Source: Chamaesiphon minutus PCC 6605
Lineage (GTDB): Bacteria > Cyanobacteriota > Cyanobacteriia > Cyanobacteriales > Chamaesiphonaceae
Assembly (NCBI RefSeq): GCF_000317145.1
Contig: NC_019697.1
Location: 2,606,385-2,638,384 of the forward strand
Direction: 5' to 3'
Length of the DNA: 32,000 nucleotides
This document shows, one piece after another, positions 24,800 to 32,000 of the stretch. Both the position numbers and the translations under genes were made by a program. Under the pieces are notes generated by a model, which had not been told where the DNA came from, did no database searches, and saw only the letters and a program-made list of their open reading frames with translations. Each line of letters begins with the position of its first letter. Within the stretch, counting starts at the first letter, position 1.

Positions 24800-25492
24800 T
24801 TACGTTGAGAACTGCTTACTAGTCAGTCGATGGTGGGACATCTGCGCAATATCGATCGCCGGAGTACCAGACCACATATCATCCAAAGAGAGAGATCGCG
24901 ATCGAGAGACAATCGCGTCGATCTCTTGAGCCATCTCGCTCAGAATCTGCTGTGCGCCCAAATGTCCCAGAACGCCCAAGCGGATTGCCGCACTGACAAT
25001 TCCCGTCACAAAATTGTGGAGGAACGCAAAACTCGTATCGATTTCACTCAGATGTATTGCACGCCCAACCATTGCAAACACGATCGGATGTAACCCAGGC
25101 GTTTTGTGGACATCAATATCCTCCTGTAAAGCTGCCAGTTGCGGATCGTTCCAAGTCGAGCGCGCTACCATTAATAACGCCTGTCCGCTACGTTGCTGAG
25201 CTTCACGAGTCGTCTGAATTAACATCTGAGCATACAAACATGCATCGGCTCGCCGTACTTCCGTTAGATCGTTGTTGGTGCTGGCGCGGTAGGCATGAAT
25301 GAGGGCGATTAAATCCGAACAACCCACTTTGTTGTGTAGCAACAAATAGAGAAATGTTTCTATATCCTGAGGATTATGAATCTGGTTAGTTTGCACCATT
25401 GCTTCCAAACCGTGGGAAAGTGTGAAGGAACCCGATGGGAAAAAAGAATCAGACAATTGCATCAGAGCCAGACGGGAATCAATCATAACCAT
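24800..25492 (-). CDS. ureF: Urease accessory protein UreF
   Basis: LMQLSDSFFPSGSFTLSHGLE is the UreF signature. I start at ATG 25490-25492 (MVMIDS...). An upstream ATG at 25561 would overlap ureE by 56 nt. Confidence 0.8.
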   Translation of the reverse strand: MVMIDSRLALMQLSDSFFPSGSFTLSHGLEAMVQTNQIHNPQDIETFLYLLLHNKVGCSDLIALIHAYRASTNNDLTEVRRADACLYAQMLIQTTREAQQRSGQALLMVARSTWNDPQLAALQEDIDVHKTPGLHPIVFAMVGRAIHLSEIDTSFAFLHNFVTGIVSAAIRLGVLGHLGAQQILSEMAQEIDAIVSRSRSLSLDDMWSGTPAIDIAQMSHHRLTSKQFST

Positions 25493-25505
25493 CGATCGGG
25501 GATAA

Positions 25506-26018
25506 TTAGTGATGAGCATGAGCCGAAAATTGAATCTGATTAGCGGCAGAGCGCACCTCATAGTCGATACGTAAATTTGGAATGTTGACGTTTCGGACAG
25601 TGGCTTCCATGACGGCGCGATCGGCTACCATTTCTACATAAATGCGATCGCCTTGGACTAGAATCGGCCAGTGATGATTACCCAGGACATGTCCCAGATA
25701 GATGAGATCGATCGCATGTTTGGATATATCACCACTAACACTCAGCGTCATCACAGTTTGCTCAGTGAGATTGACTAACAGCAATTGTCCAGATTGCATT
25801 GCGAATAAATCCCCCGTACCGAGAGACTGCTCGCGGCTTTTGATGATACCTAGCTCGATACCCGTTGTCGAAAAAGCATGAATCCGCCCTTTGCTACTAT
25901 CTGCTGGTTGTAAATAGACCTCTAGCAATGTGCCTGATTGTTGCGCTTGCGATACTTGCTGCTGTAGAGATGGATCGATTGCTTGATTACCTAAGTAGGT
26001 TTCGGTTAGAACTGTCAT
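25506..26018 (-). CDS. ureE: Urease accessory (nickel-binding) protein UreE
   Basis: 170-aa ORF. LGTGDLF, IYLGHVLGNHHWPILV (the GNRH-type motif) and a His-rich tail SAHAHH. Overlaps the ureD stop by 4 nt. Confidence 0.75.
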   Translation of the reverse strand: MTVLTETYLGNQAIDPSLQQQVSQAQQSGTLLEVYLQPADSSKGRIHAFSTTGIELGIIKSREQSLGTGDLFAMQSGQLLLVNLTEQTVMTLSVSGDISKHAIDLIYLGHVLGNHHWPILVQGDRIYVEMVADRAVMEATVRNVNIPNLRIDYEVRSAANQIQFSAHAHH

Positions 26019-26896
26019 TTGGGGATCTCCGGTAAGGGTGGTTGACCGTTGAGATGTCGCATTCTGGTCAAAGCATAGTTGATATAGGCTTTAAGGATCG
26101 GTACGTTTGATGACATCGCGCGCACTAGCAAGCCATTACAGTTAGGCAAAGACGAACAGGCGGCAGTTAACTCTGGATAATTTTGGACAAACCCTTCTAA
26201 ATCCTGTTCCAGAGATTGCAAATCTCCGGCTGGCATAACCACAATTATGCTGGCAAGAATTGGTTGAGATGTAAAAATTGGATTGTTAGTAAGACGTTCA
26301 GCTTTCCCTATCAACCGCATCGCATCGGTAAAGACTAAATCTCCGTCGGTAGTAGAAACTTTGAGGCGACTGAAGTACTGACTGAAATGGAAGTATTCTC
26401 CCCGTGCTAACCGACCAGGAATCATGATTTCACTCAGAAATAGGCTGGCATTGGGAGCGAGCGCTACTTGGATAGTCTGCTCTAAATTTGCATCGCGATA
26501 GAGAATAAGTGGTTCAGGGACAAACTCTAAACACGACCCTGTACCAATCTCCAAGTCATAACAGATCCGAGCCATCTGACCCAATGGCATCAGATGGACT
26601 TTTGAGGCTGACTGATCGGTGAGGTAGAGGCTCGTGCGATCTCCTAATTTCACCCCAATCTGAAAGCGATCGCCTGCCAACAGCCCAGGGGAGGAATTCA
26701 TAATGTATAGATAAGCGCGATGGGCATCGGTGGGGTCGAGCCTTAACGGTCGCGACAGCCGAAACGGATAGGTGGCATACTGACGATACACAAACGATCG
26801 CCCTAATCGATCGAGTCCCATCTCTAGAGTGAGTTGTTGCGGGGAAACTGGAGGATTTAGCGTAGTTAGAGGCGAAGAAATGAGTTCAGCTAACAT
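26015..26896 (-). CDS. ureD: Urease accessory protein UreD (UreH)
   Basis: 293-aa ORF. YATYPFRLSRPLRLD...AYLYIMNSSPGLLAGDRF...LTDQSASKV is the UreD family pattern. First gene of the ureD-ureE-ureF run. Confidence 0.8.
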   Translation of the reverse strand: MLAELISSPLTTLNPPVSPQQLTLEMGLDRLGRSFVYRQYATYPFRLSRPLRLDPTDAHRAYLYIMNSSPGLLAGDRFQIGVKLGDRTSLYLTDQSASKVHLMPLGQMARICYDLEIGTGSCLEFVPEPLILYRDANLEQTIQVALAPNASLFLSEIMIPGRLARGEYFHFSQYFSRLKVSTTDGDLVFTDAMRLIGKAERLTNNPIFTSQPILASIIVVMPAGDLQSLEQDLEGFVQNYPELTAACSSLPNCNGLLVRAMSSNVPILKAYINYALTRMRHLNGQPPLPEIPK

Positions 26897-27052
26897 ATCG
26901 ATCGCGTTTTCTCCATCATTTTACTTGTGTTGTCCAATCCTTCCTGACCATCTTCCCGCTCGATACTGCTTTTAATCTGTGTGGAGCGATGCCACTTTCT
27001 TAAAAGCTGCATGTACCCACCAAACTTTAAACCTTCTAACGAATGAATCGGG

Positions 27053-27295
27053 TTGACGATCGCGGGTTCAATTGCGCCTTGGTTTTGGTTGCTGCAAGAT
27101 CCAGGGGTGCTAATGTCTCCCGCCTTATTTCTGCAACTATCGTTTGCGAATCAGATTGCGACTGCTTGGGCGAGCGATTTGCTGATTAGTGCGAGTGTTT
27201 TCTTTATTTTTGCTGCGATTGTCCTACAGACACGCTACGCGAACGGTGAAGCAGGAGTCATGTTTGATGAGGATTGCGTCTTTAACCTGCTCTAG
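27053..27295 (+). pseudogene. Possible fragment of a small membrane protein
   Basis: 80-codon ORF with a TTG start and two hydrophobic segments. The 3' part runs through the motif ACGCTACGCGAACG (27232-27245), which is also present at 13819-13832. No recognisable family. Weak call. Confidence 0.2.
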
Positions 27296-27495
27296 CAGCT
27301 TCAGCAAGATGAGCAGCAATGCTTTTGGTTTGAGTCAACGATTAAGGTGAATTGTTGTTTCTTTCTGGATGATGAGGAATTCGTGTTCATCGGGGATGGC
27401 ACAACAGTCAAAGTCAGCGATCGTTAATCCCAAACGGGTATGACCCACGCGGGATCTGTTAAATTGAAAGTACTGACATGCACTGATGTGAAACT

Positions 27496-28044
27496 ATGAG
27501 ATCGAGCGTCGATCCTCAGAAAATCGAACAACTGATGGAAGCATTGGGCAAAGAGGCTCGTGGTCCAGGCTGTATCTACTTTACAGGTGGTACGAGTGCT
27601 TTACTTATTGGTTGGCGCGGTTCTACAGTAGATGTAGATATTCGGCTAGATCCAGAACCATCAGGCATTTTTCAAGCGATTGCAAAGCTAAAGCAAGAAT
27701 TGAATATCAATATCGAACTTGCCTCCCCACAGGACTTCTTACCGTCTCTTCCAGGCTGGCGCGATCGAAGTGTGTTCATTGGTAAACGAGGTCAAATTTC
27801 TTTCTATCACTATGATTTTACAGCCCAAGCTCTTGCTAAACTATCTAGAGGATTCGATCGGGATATTAAAGATGTTGAAGCTATGTACGATCGGAAATTA
27901 TTCTCTCTGAGCGAGCTAAACGATTGCTTTGAGGCGATTGCGCCTGAAATAATTCGATTTCCCTCTCTTAATGCTGATGTACTCAAAAGCAGAGTCGAGA
28001 ATTTCATCGATCGTTTTGAAGATCGAGGATTGGAGGATCGATAA
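27496..28044 (+). CDS. Pol-beta-superfamily nucleotidyltransferase-fold protein (AbiEii / MNT / DUF6036-like)
   Basis: 182-aa ORF. IYFTGGTSALLIGWRGSTVDVDI fits the hG[GS]-x(9-13)-Dh[DE]h nucleotidyltransferase signature. The stop overlaps the next start (TAATG at 28042-28046). Confidence 0.5.
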   Translation: MRSSVDPQKIEQLMEALGKEARGPGCIYFTGGTSALLIGWRGSTVDVDIRLDPEPSGIFQAIAKLKQELNINIELASPQDFLPSLPGWRDRSVFIGKRGQISFYHYDFTAQALAKLSRGFDRDIKDVEAMYDRKLFSLSELNDCFEAIAPEIIRFPSLNADVLKSRVENFIDRFEDRGLEDR

Positions 28045-28379
28045 TGAGTCTCCATGATTTGCCAGGAGCCGAGATAATATTACCTGGATTAAGCGATCTT
28101 CACAGTGGTAATCGCAATACAATTGGGGCTTTACTAATTGCGATCGCCGCAACACGTTTAACCGAAGCAGGTTTGGATATTCACAATTATCACTTAGCCC
28201 CAGAGCCAGAATTAACTTTGTATGCTCTTCTTCAAAAGGAACGAGAAGATGCTTATCCCCACTATAATGCTTTGCTGAATCGCCTTAATAGTTTTTGTAA
28301 CGCACTCGAACTCAGTCACAAATATAAACCGTCTAACAATGCGTTGGAGCCGACATCTAAACGATCTTCAAAAGTTTAA
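28044..28379 (+). CDS. Small helical partner protein of the nucleotidyltransferase (function unknown; contains one R-x5-H element)
   Basis: 111-aa ORF, translationally coupled to the upstream gene. KEREDAYPHYNALLNRL contains R-x5-H, loosely HEPN-like. No firm family assignment. Confidence 0.4.
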   Translation: MSLHDLPGAEIILPGLSDLHSGNRNTIGALLIAIAATRLTEAGLDIHNYHLAPEPELTLYALLQKEREDAYPHYNALLNRLNSFCNALELSHKYKPSNNALEPTSKRSSKV

Positions 28380-28428
28380 TATTATTGACAGCGACTCAAC
28401 TTCACCGTTATGCAGATTGGAGAGTCTG

Positions 28429-28767
28429 ATGAAACTGAAATATTACGGTAAAGAACTTCCATTTGAATTAATAGAGTATGATGATTGCACCGTAAAGTGT
28501 CTAGTCCTTGACGACGAAACCGAAGAAGAATTTGAGGAGTTGGGTGAGGACGATCGAGATCGCGACGAAGAATGGTATATGGATGAAAATGGCTATCGGC
28601 TGGAATCTGAAGCATTATTTGCAGCATCTCCATGGAGCTTGGAAACGCCTGATGGAGAAGTTAAATTATTACAGCGATTTTGCAAAAACGGTGTAACTCA
28701 CTTTGATACCCTCAATGGGTATGGTGGTGAAACATTTAGATGGTTGCATAGTAGATCTCCTTCATGA
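28429..28767 (+). CDS. Small highly acidic hypothetical protein
   Basis: ATG at 28429 preceded by GGAGAG (28419-28424). MKLKYYGKELPFELIEYDDCTVKCLVLDDETEEEFEELGEDDRDRDEEWYMDENGY... The longer track ORF (28339) would overlap the previous gene. Confidence 0.45.
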   Translation: MKLKYYGKELPFELIEYDDCTVKCLVLDDETEEEFEELGEDDRDRDEEWYMDENGYRLESEALFAASPWSLETPDGEVKLLQRFCKNGVTHFDTLNGYGGETFRWLHSRSPS

Positions 28768-28985
28768 ATTGAAAATAGCAACACATTCACAAGGGGTTCA
28801 GTCTTCAAGTCAGGGATCTGATGCCATGAGGCTAGAGGATTTGCCCACTTTCAAAAAAGCTTGGGATTCTAAAGGTGGGTTTTCTGCCTTTCAACAGCAT
28901 GTTCGATCCTTGCTTACAGACATTTAAGACACAGAAGGTATGAAGGCTTGCTATACTTGGATTGTACCTAGGTCAATTGTTTACC

Positions 28986-29156
28986 ATGAAGTACCCTTTT
29001 CATACCCAATCGAAGCCAGTTGTTGGTGAAGAAGCGCGAAAGCTGATCGAAGCGATCGAAGCAGGTCAATCCGTCACCAACGAACGCGCTCTTGCATTAG
29101 CCAAACGTATTGCCGATCGTCGTAACCAAGCTCAAGCTAATGCCCAGTCAAAGTAA
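28986..29156 (+). CDS. Small putative antitoxin paired with the GNAT gene
   Basis: 56 aa from ATG 28986 (the track start at 28962 is TTG). MKYPFHTQSKPVVGEEARKLIEAIEAGQSVTNERALALAKRIADRRNQ. The 3' end overlaps the GNAT start by 17 nt. Confidence 0.4.
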   Translation: MKYPFHTQSKPVVGEEARKLIEAIEAGQSVTNERALALAKRIADRRNQAQANAQSK

Positions 29157-29745
29157 GTTTGAAGGGATAGACTTTTCCCAGATTCCGGTCGAACGCCTCA
29201 CCCCTGACATCCTCAACTTAGGACAGGGGTTTCGTTGTCTTCGAGGAGAATTTGTCACTTATTGGAAACAAGGCAGGATTAAGCGGGAAGCAGATGCTCA
29301 TATTTGCCACTGCTGGGCGATCCGAAGCACGGAATCTCTAGCAGGTTACATCACCCTTCTGGCTGACAAATTGCAAGTTGAAAATCCCATCTTGGCAGAA
29401 GAAGGCGTAAAGTATCAAACTTTTCCTGCTGTCAAAATTGGCTTACTAGCTGTCGATCGACGTGCAAAAGGAGCAGGTCGTCATTTGGTGGAGTGGGCGA
29501 TCGAATATGTGGTGTCTGAGATTGTTCCCGTTGTTGGAGTGCGCTTTGTGACGGTAGATGCGTTATACGATCGAGATGTTGAACCAGCTTATGATGCGTC
29601 AGGATTTTATACCAAACTGGGCTTCGACTTTGCAGATCCTCATGAAAGCCTTCCTCCAGAAGTGCCCTACCGCACGATGTACTTCGATCTGAAGCCTGTA
29701 ATTGAACTGTTTAATCCACAACCTCCACGAGCAGAATCAGATTAA
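29140..29745 (+). CDS. GNAT-family N-acetyltransferase, TacT/AtaT-like toxin architecture
   Basis: 201 aa from ATG 29140. GFRCLRGEFVTYW (the F-x-C-G...L-type N-terminal motif of toxin GNATs), acetyl-CoA loop VKIGLLAVDRRAKGAGRHLVEWAI and C-terminal ASGFYTKLGF. Confidence 0.65.
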   Translation: MPSQSKFEGIDFSQIPVERLTPDILNLGQGFRCLRGEFVTYWKQGRIKREADAHICHCWAIRSTESLAGYITLLADKLQVENPILAEEGVKYQTFPAVKIGLLAVDRRAKGAGRHLVEWAIEYVVSEIVPVVGVRFVTVDALYDRDVEPAYDASGFYTKLGFDFADPHESLPPEVPYRTMYFDLKPVIELFNPQPPRAESD

Positions 29746-30060
29746 ATGTATGGACTGTATAACAAACCCGTTGCACACCGACCGTAGCAAGTTGGTTAAG
29801 TCCAAGAGACTATTAGCGGCGGGTGAACGGGAACGTTATATAGCTGAGATACAATGCTAATTGCTATTACGCTCTGTAGCGAATAGCATGAATCCAGATC
29901 GACAATTCATACAAAATTTATCCGAAGTATTTTGCATTAACAACTTTGGCAATTATCTAGTTTAGGAATGAAATACTATCCCGAAATGGCCACTTAATGA
30001 TGCAATCGATCTAGTGCAACTGTTCGATCGAAATCACATCGGTATTCACGCCTATACATT

Positions 30061-30090
30061 CGTTGGCGTAGCCTCTCCAACGGAGAATCG
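30061..30090 (+). repeat. Copy of the dispersed short-hairpin repeat
   Basis: CGTTGGCGTAGCCTCTCCAACGGAGAATCG, with the hairpin TCTCC-AAC-GGAGA. Confidence 0.65.
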
Positions 30091-30156
30091 ATCCACCAAA
30101 CTTAACCATGCCTGGAAGATCGCCCCTCAATAAAGGCTCGATCGTTTTAATTCGAT

Positions 30157-30180
30157 ACGTAGCCGCTCCTTGGAGAATCG
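30157..30180 (+). repeat. Copy of the dispersed short-hairpin repeat
   Basis: ACGTAGCCGCTCCTTGGAGAATCG, in the same orientation as the copy 96 nt upstream. Ends 7 nt from the ureG stop. Confidence 0.6.
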
Positions 30181-30186
30181 AGCTAG

Positions 30187-30807
30187 TTATCGCACGGACT
30201 GAAATAGTAATTTGTCAAAGATGAACTGCATCACTCGATCTAATCCTTCACCAGTTTTACAGTTGGTATAGGCGATCGGTTTCCCTTTTCGTCGTTCCGT
30301 AGCATCGCGATCGATGATGTTCAGGTCGGCTCCCACATAAGGCGCAATATCAATTTTGTTAATTACCACCAGATCGGCTTGCATAAACCCTGGCCCATTT
30401 TTGCGGGGAATATCATCGCCTGCGCCCACATCCAAGACAAAAATATAGGCATCAATTAAGTCATAGCTAAATGTCGAGGCCAAATTGTCGCCACCGCTTT
30501 CGACAAACACCAGATCGAGTTCAGGAAAAGCTCTCTCTAGATTGCGGATTGCCAACAAATTCATTGTCGGATCTTCGCGAATCGCTGTATGCGGACAACT
30601 ACCTGTTTCCACACCCACAATTCGATTGGCAGGTAAGACTCCTTGACGCTTGAGGCGATCGGCATCTTCTTGCGTCAACAGATCGTTTGTTACTACAGCT
30701 ACTTCGATCCCTTGCTGCATGAGTAAGGGTAACAACCTTTCTAGGAGAGCCGTTTTGCCACTGCCGACTGGCCCACCGACACCCAAACGCGCCACTGATT
30801 TTTTCAT
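30187..30807 (-). CDS. ureG: Urease accessory GTPase UreG
   Basis: 206-aa ORF. P-loop GGPVGSGKTAL, metal-binding ETGSCPHTAIRED, ESGGDNL and INKIDIAP. Confidence 0.9.
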   Translation of the reverse strand: MKKSVARLGVGGPVGSGKTALLERLLPLLMQQGIEVAVVTNDLLTQEDADRLKRQGVLPANRIVGVETGSCPHTAIREDPTMNLLAIRNLERAFPELDLVFVESGGDNLASTFSYDLIDAYIFVLDVGAGDDIPRKNGPGFMQADLVVINKIDIAPYVGADLNIIDRDATERRKGKPIAYTNCKTGEGLDRVMQFIFDKLLFQSVR

Positions 30808-30809
30808 GT

Positions 30810-32000
30810 TTACCTGAAGATATACAGCCGACCGAGCGGCACTCGCGAGACAGGTTCGCAGGTAGCGATTTCACCATTCACCCGCACCTGAAAAGTGTCG
30901 GGATCGACTTCAATTTCAGGACAGACGGTGTTATGCAACATATCTGCTTTACTCAGGGATCTGGTGTTTTTGACTGGCAAAAGTTGTTTGCGAAGTTTCA
31001 GCTTATCGGCTAAGCCGCAATCTAGAGCAGTCTGAGTCACAAAGCAAAAAGAAGTAGACTGCTTGGCACTGCCATAGCTGCCCCATTGCGGACGATACAG
31101 AATTGGTTCGCAAGTCATCAGCGAGGCGTTTGATTCACCCATAGGCGACCAAGCGATAAAGCCTCCCTTAATTACTAGCTCTGGTTTAACTCCAAAATAA
31201 CCAGGATGCCAAAGCACAATGTCCGCGATTTTACCGGGTTCGATCGAACCTACATGGGAATCAATTCCACAGGTTTTGGCAGGATTAATTGTGTATTTTG
31301 CGATGTATCTCAAAATTCGTTGATTATCATGGCGATCGCTATCTTCAGGAAGTGCGCCACGTTGGTCTTTCATTTTGGAAGCCAATTGCCAAGTGCGACA
31401 AATTACTTCGCCAATCCTGCCCATGCCCTGACTATCAGATCCCATCATGCTGATGGCACCCAGATCGTGCAAAATATCTTCCGCCGCAATAGTTTCGGCA
31501 CGAATCCGCGATTCGGCAAAGGCGACATCTTCGGGAACTCTGGGATTGAGGTGATGGCAGACCATCACCATATCTAAATGTTCATCAAAGGTGTTAACTG
31601 TATAGGGATTGGTGGGATTAGTGGAAGAAGGTAGACAGTGAGAATAGGAAGCCACCTTGATGATGTCTGGAGCGTGTCCACCGCCAGCACCTTCCGTATG
31701 GTACATGTGGATCGTGCGACCACGAATTGCTGCAAGCGTATCTTCTACATAGCCAGACTCATTGAGCGTATCAGTGTGAATTTGGACTTGAAAGTCGTGC
31801 AGATCGGCAACAGAAAGACAGGTATCAATCAGCGCAGGCATTGCGCCCCAATCTTCATGGATTTTTAGTCCGATCGCACCGCCTTCTATTTGTTCGACGA
31901 GACTTGCTGGGAGACTCGAACTCCCTTTACCCAAAAAGCCAAAATTAATCGCAAATCCTTCGGAAGCTTGGAGCATTAAGCCCATATTATAGGCTCCACC
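30810..32000 (-). CDS. ureC: Urease alpha subunit UreC (N-terminal part beyond the window end)
   Basis: The frame is open through base 32000 (GGAYN upstream of the track Met). GLKIHEDWG (carbamylated Lys), [45 protein letters not shown]. The stop lies 2 nt before the ureG ATG. Confidence 0.9.
   Translation of the reverse strand, partial: GGAYNMGLMLQASEGFAINFGFLGKGSSSLPASLVEQIEGGAIGLKIHEDWGAMPALIDTCLSVADLHDFQVQIHTDTLNESGYVEDTLAAIRGRTIHMYHTEGAGGGHAPDIIKVASYSHCLPSSTNPTNPYTVNTFDEHLDMVMVCHHLNPRVPEDVAFAESRIRAETIAAEDILHDLGAISMMGSDSQGMGRIGEVICRTWQLASKMKDQRGALPEDSDRHDNQRILRYIAKYTINPAKTCGIDSHVGSIEPGKIADIVLWHPGYFGVKPELVIKGGFIAWSPMGESNASLMTCEPILYRPQWGSYGSAKQSTSFCFVTQTALDCGLADKLKLRKQLLPVKNTRSLSKADMLHNTVCPEIEVDPDTFQVRVNGEIATCEPVSRVPLGRLYIFR

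Noticed and set aside
25493-25561. Longer ureF start at ATG 25561
   Set aside because: It would overlap ureE by 56 nt, and the extra residues (MRCALPLIRFNFRLMLITNYPRS) look like an out-of-frame reading of the ureE 3' end. It is retained only as an alternative.
28703-28927. 74-aa + strand ORF overlapping the end of the acidic-protein gene
   Set aside because: It has a TTG start (internal ATGs at 28715 and 28721), a ~50-nt out-of-frame overlap with the preceding gene and no motifs. It is possibly real but unsupported.

Overview
The window looks like cyanobacterial chromosome. By eye the HIP1 octamer GCGATCGC occurs about 25-30 times, against fewer than 1 expected by chance. The backbone genes fit: ldpA, a Ycf45-like ATPase, recJ, a natF-natG-natH-bgtA type amino-acid ABC transporter, and urease genes ureC, ureG and ureDEF. 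All identifications rest on motifs I read in the translations; no database search was possible. The main pattern is that conserved gene blocks are interrupted by AT-rich, HIP1-poor accessory islets. (1) 2.6-8.0 kb holds a tightly packed four-gene minus-strand operon: an MmeI-family fused restriction-modification enzyme, a STAS-GHKL kinase-like protein, a stand-alone STAS (DUF4325-like) protein and a PIN nuclease. This is my best candidate for an undescribed defence module. The methyltransferase gene also carries an AT-rich cassette covering its specificity region. (2) The nat/bgtA operon is split twice. A class D (OXA-type) beta-lactamase sits between natF and natG. A 3.3-kb islet sits between natH and bgtA and carries parD plus a nonsense-mutated parE, a RES-Xre toxin-antitoxin pair, a Cys-His-Asp hypothetical protein and decayed gene fragments. 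(3) ureC-ureG and ureDEF are separated by a 3.3-kb islet with a nucleotidyltransferase-fold two-gene cassette, an acidic small protein and a GNAT-toxin-like pair. Other observations are a 99-bp in-frame insertion in recJ flanked by 7-bp direct repeats, which belongs to a dispersed short-hairpin repeat family with at least 5 copies. There is also a (GGGGAAA)x6 heptamer array in the natG-natH spacer, and C-rich leaders upstream of several genes. An NitT/TauT-type ABC ATPase and binding protein lack a permease and sit next to a glutamine-synthetase-family gene. I saw no tRNA, rRNA, CRISPR array, transposase or integrase.
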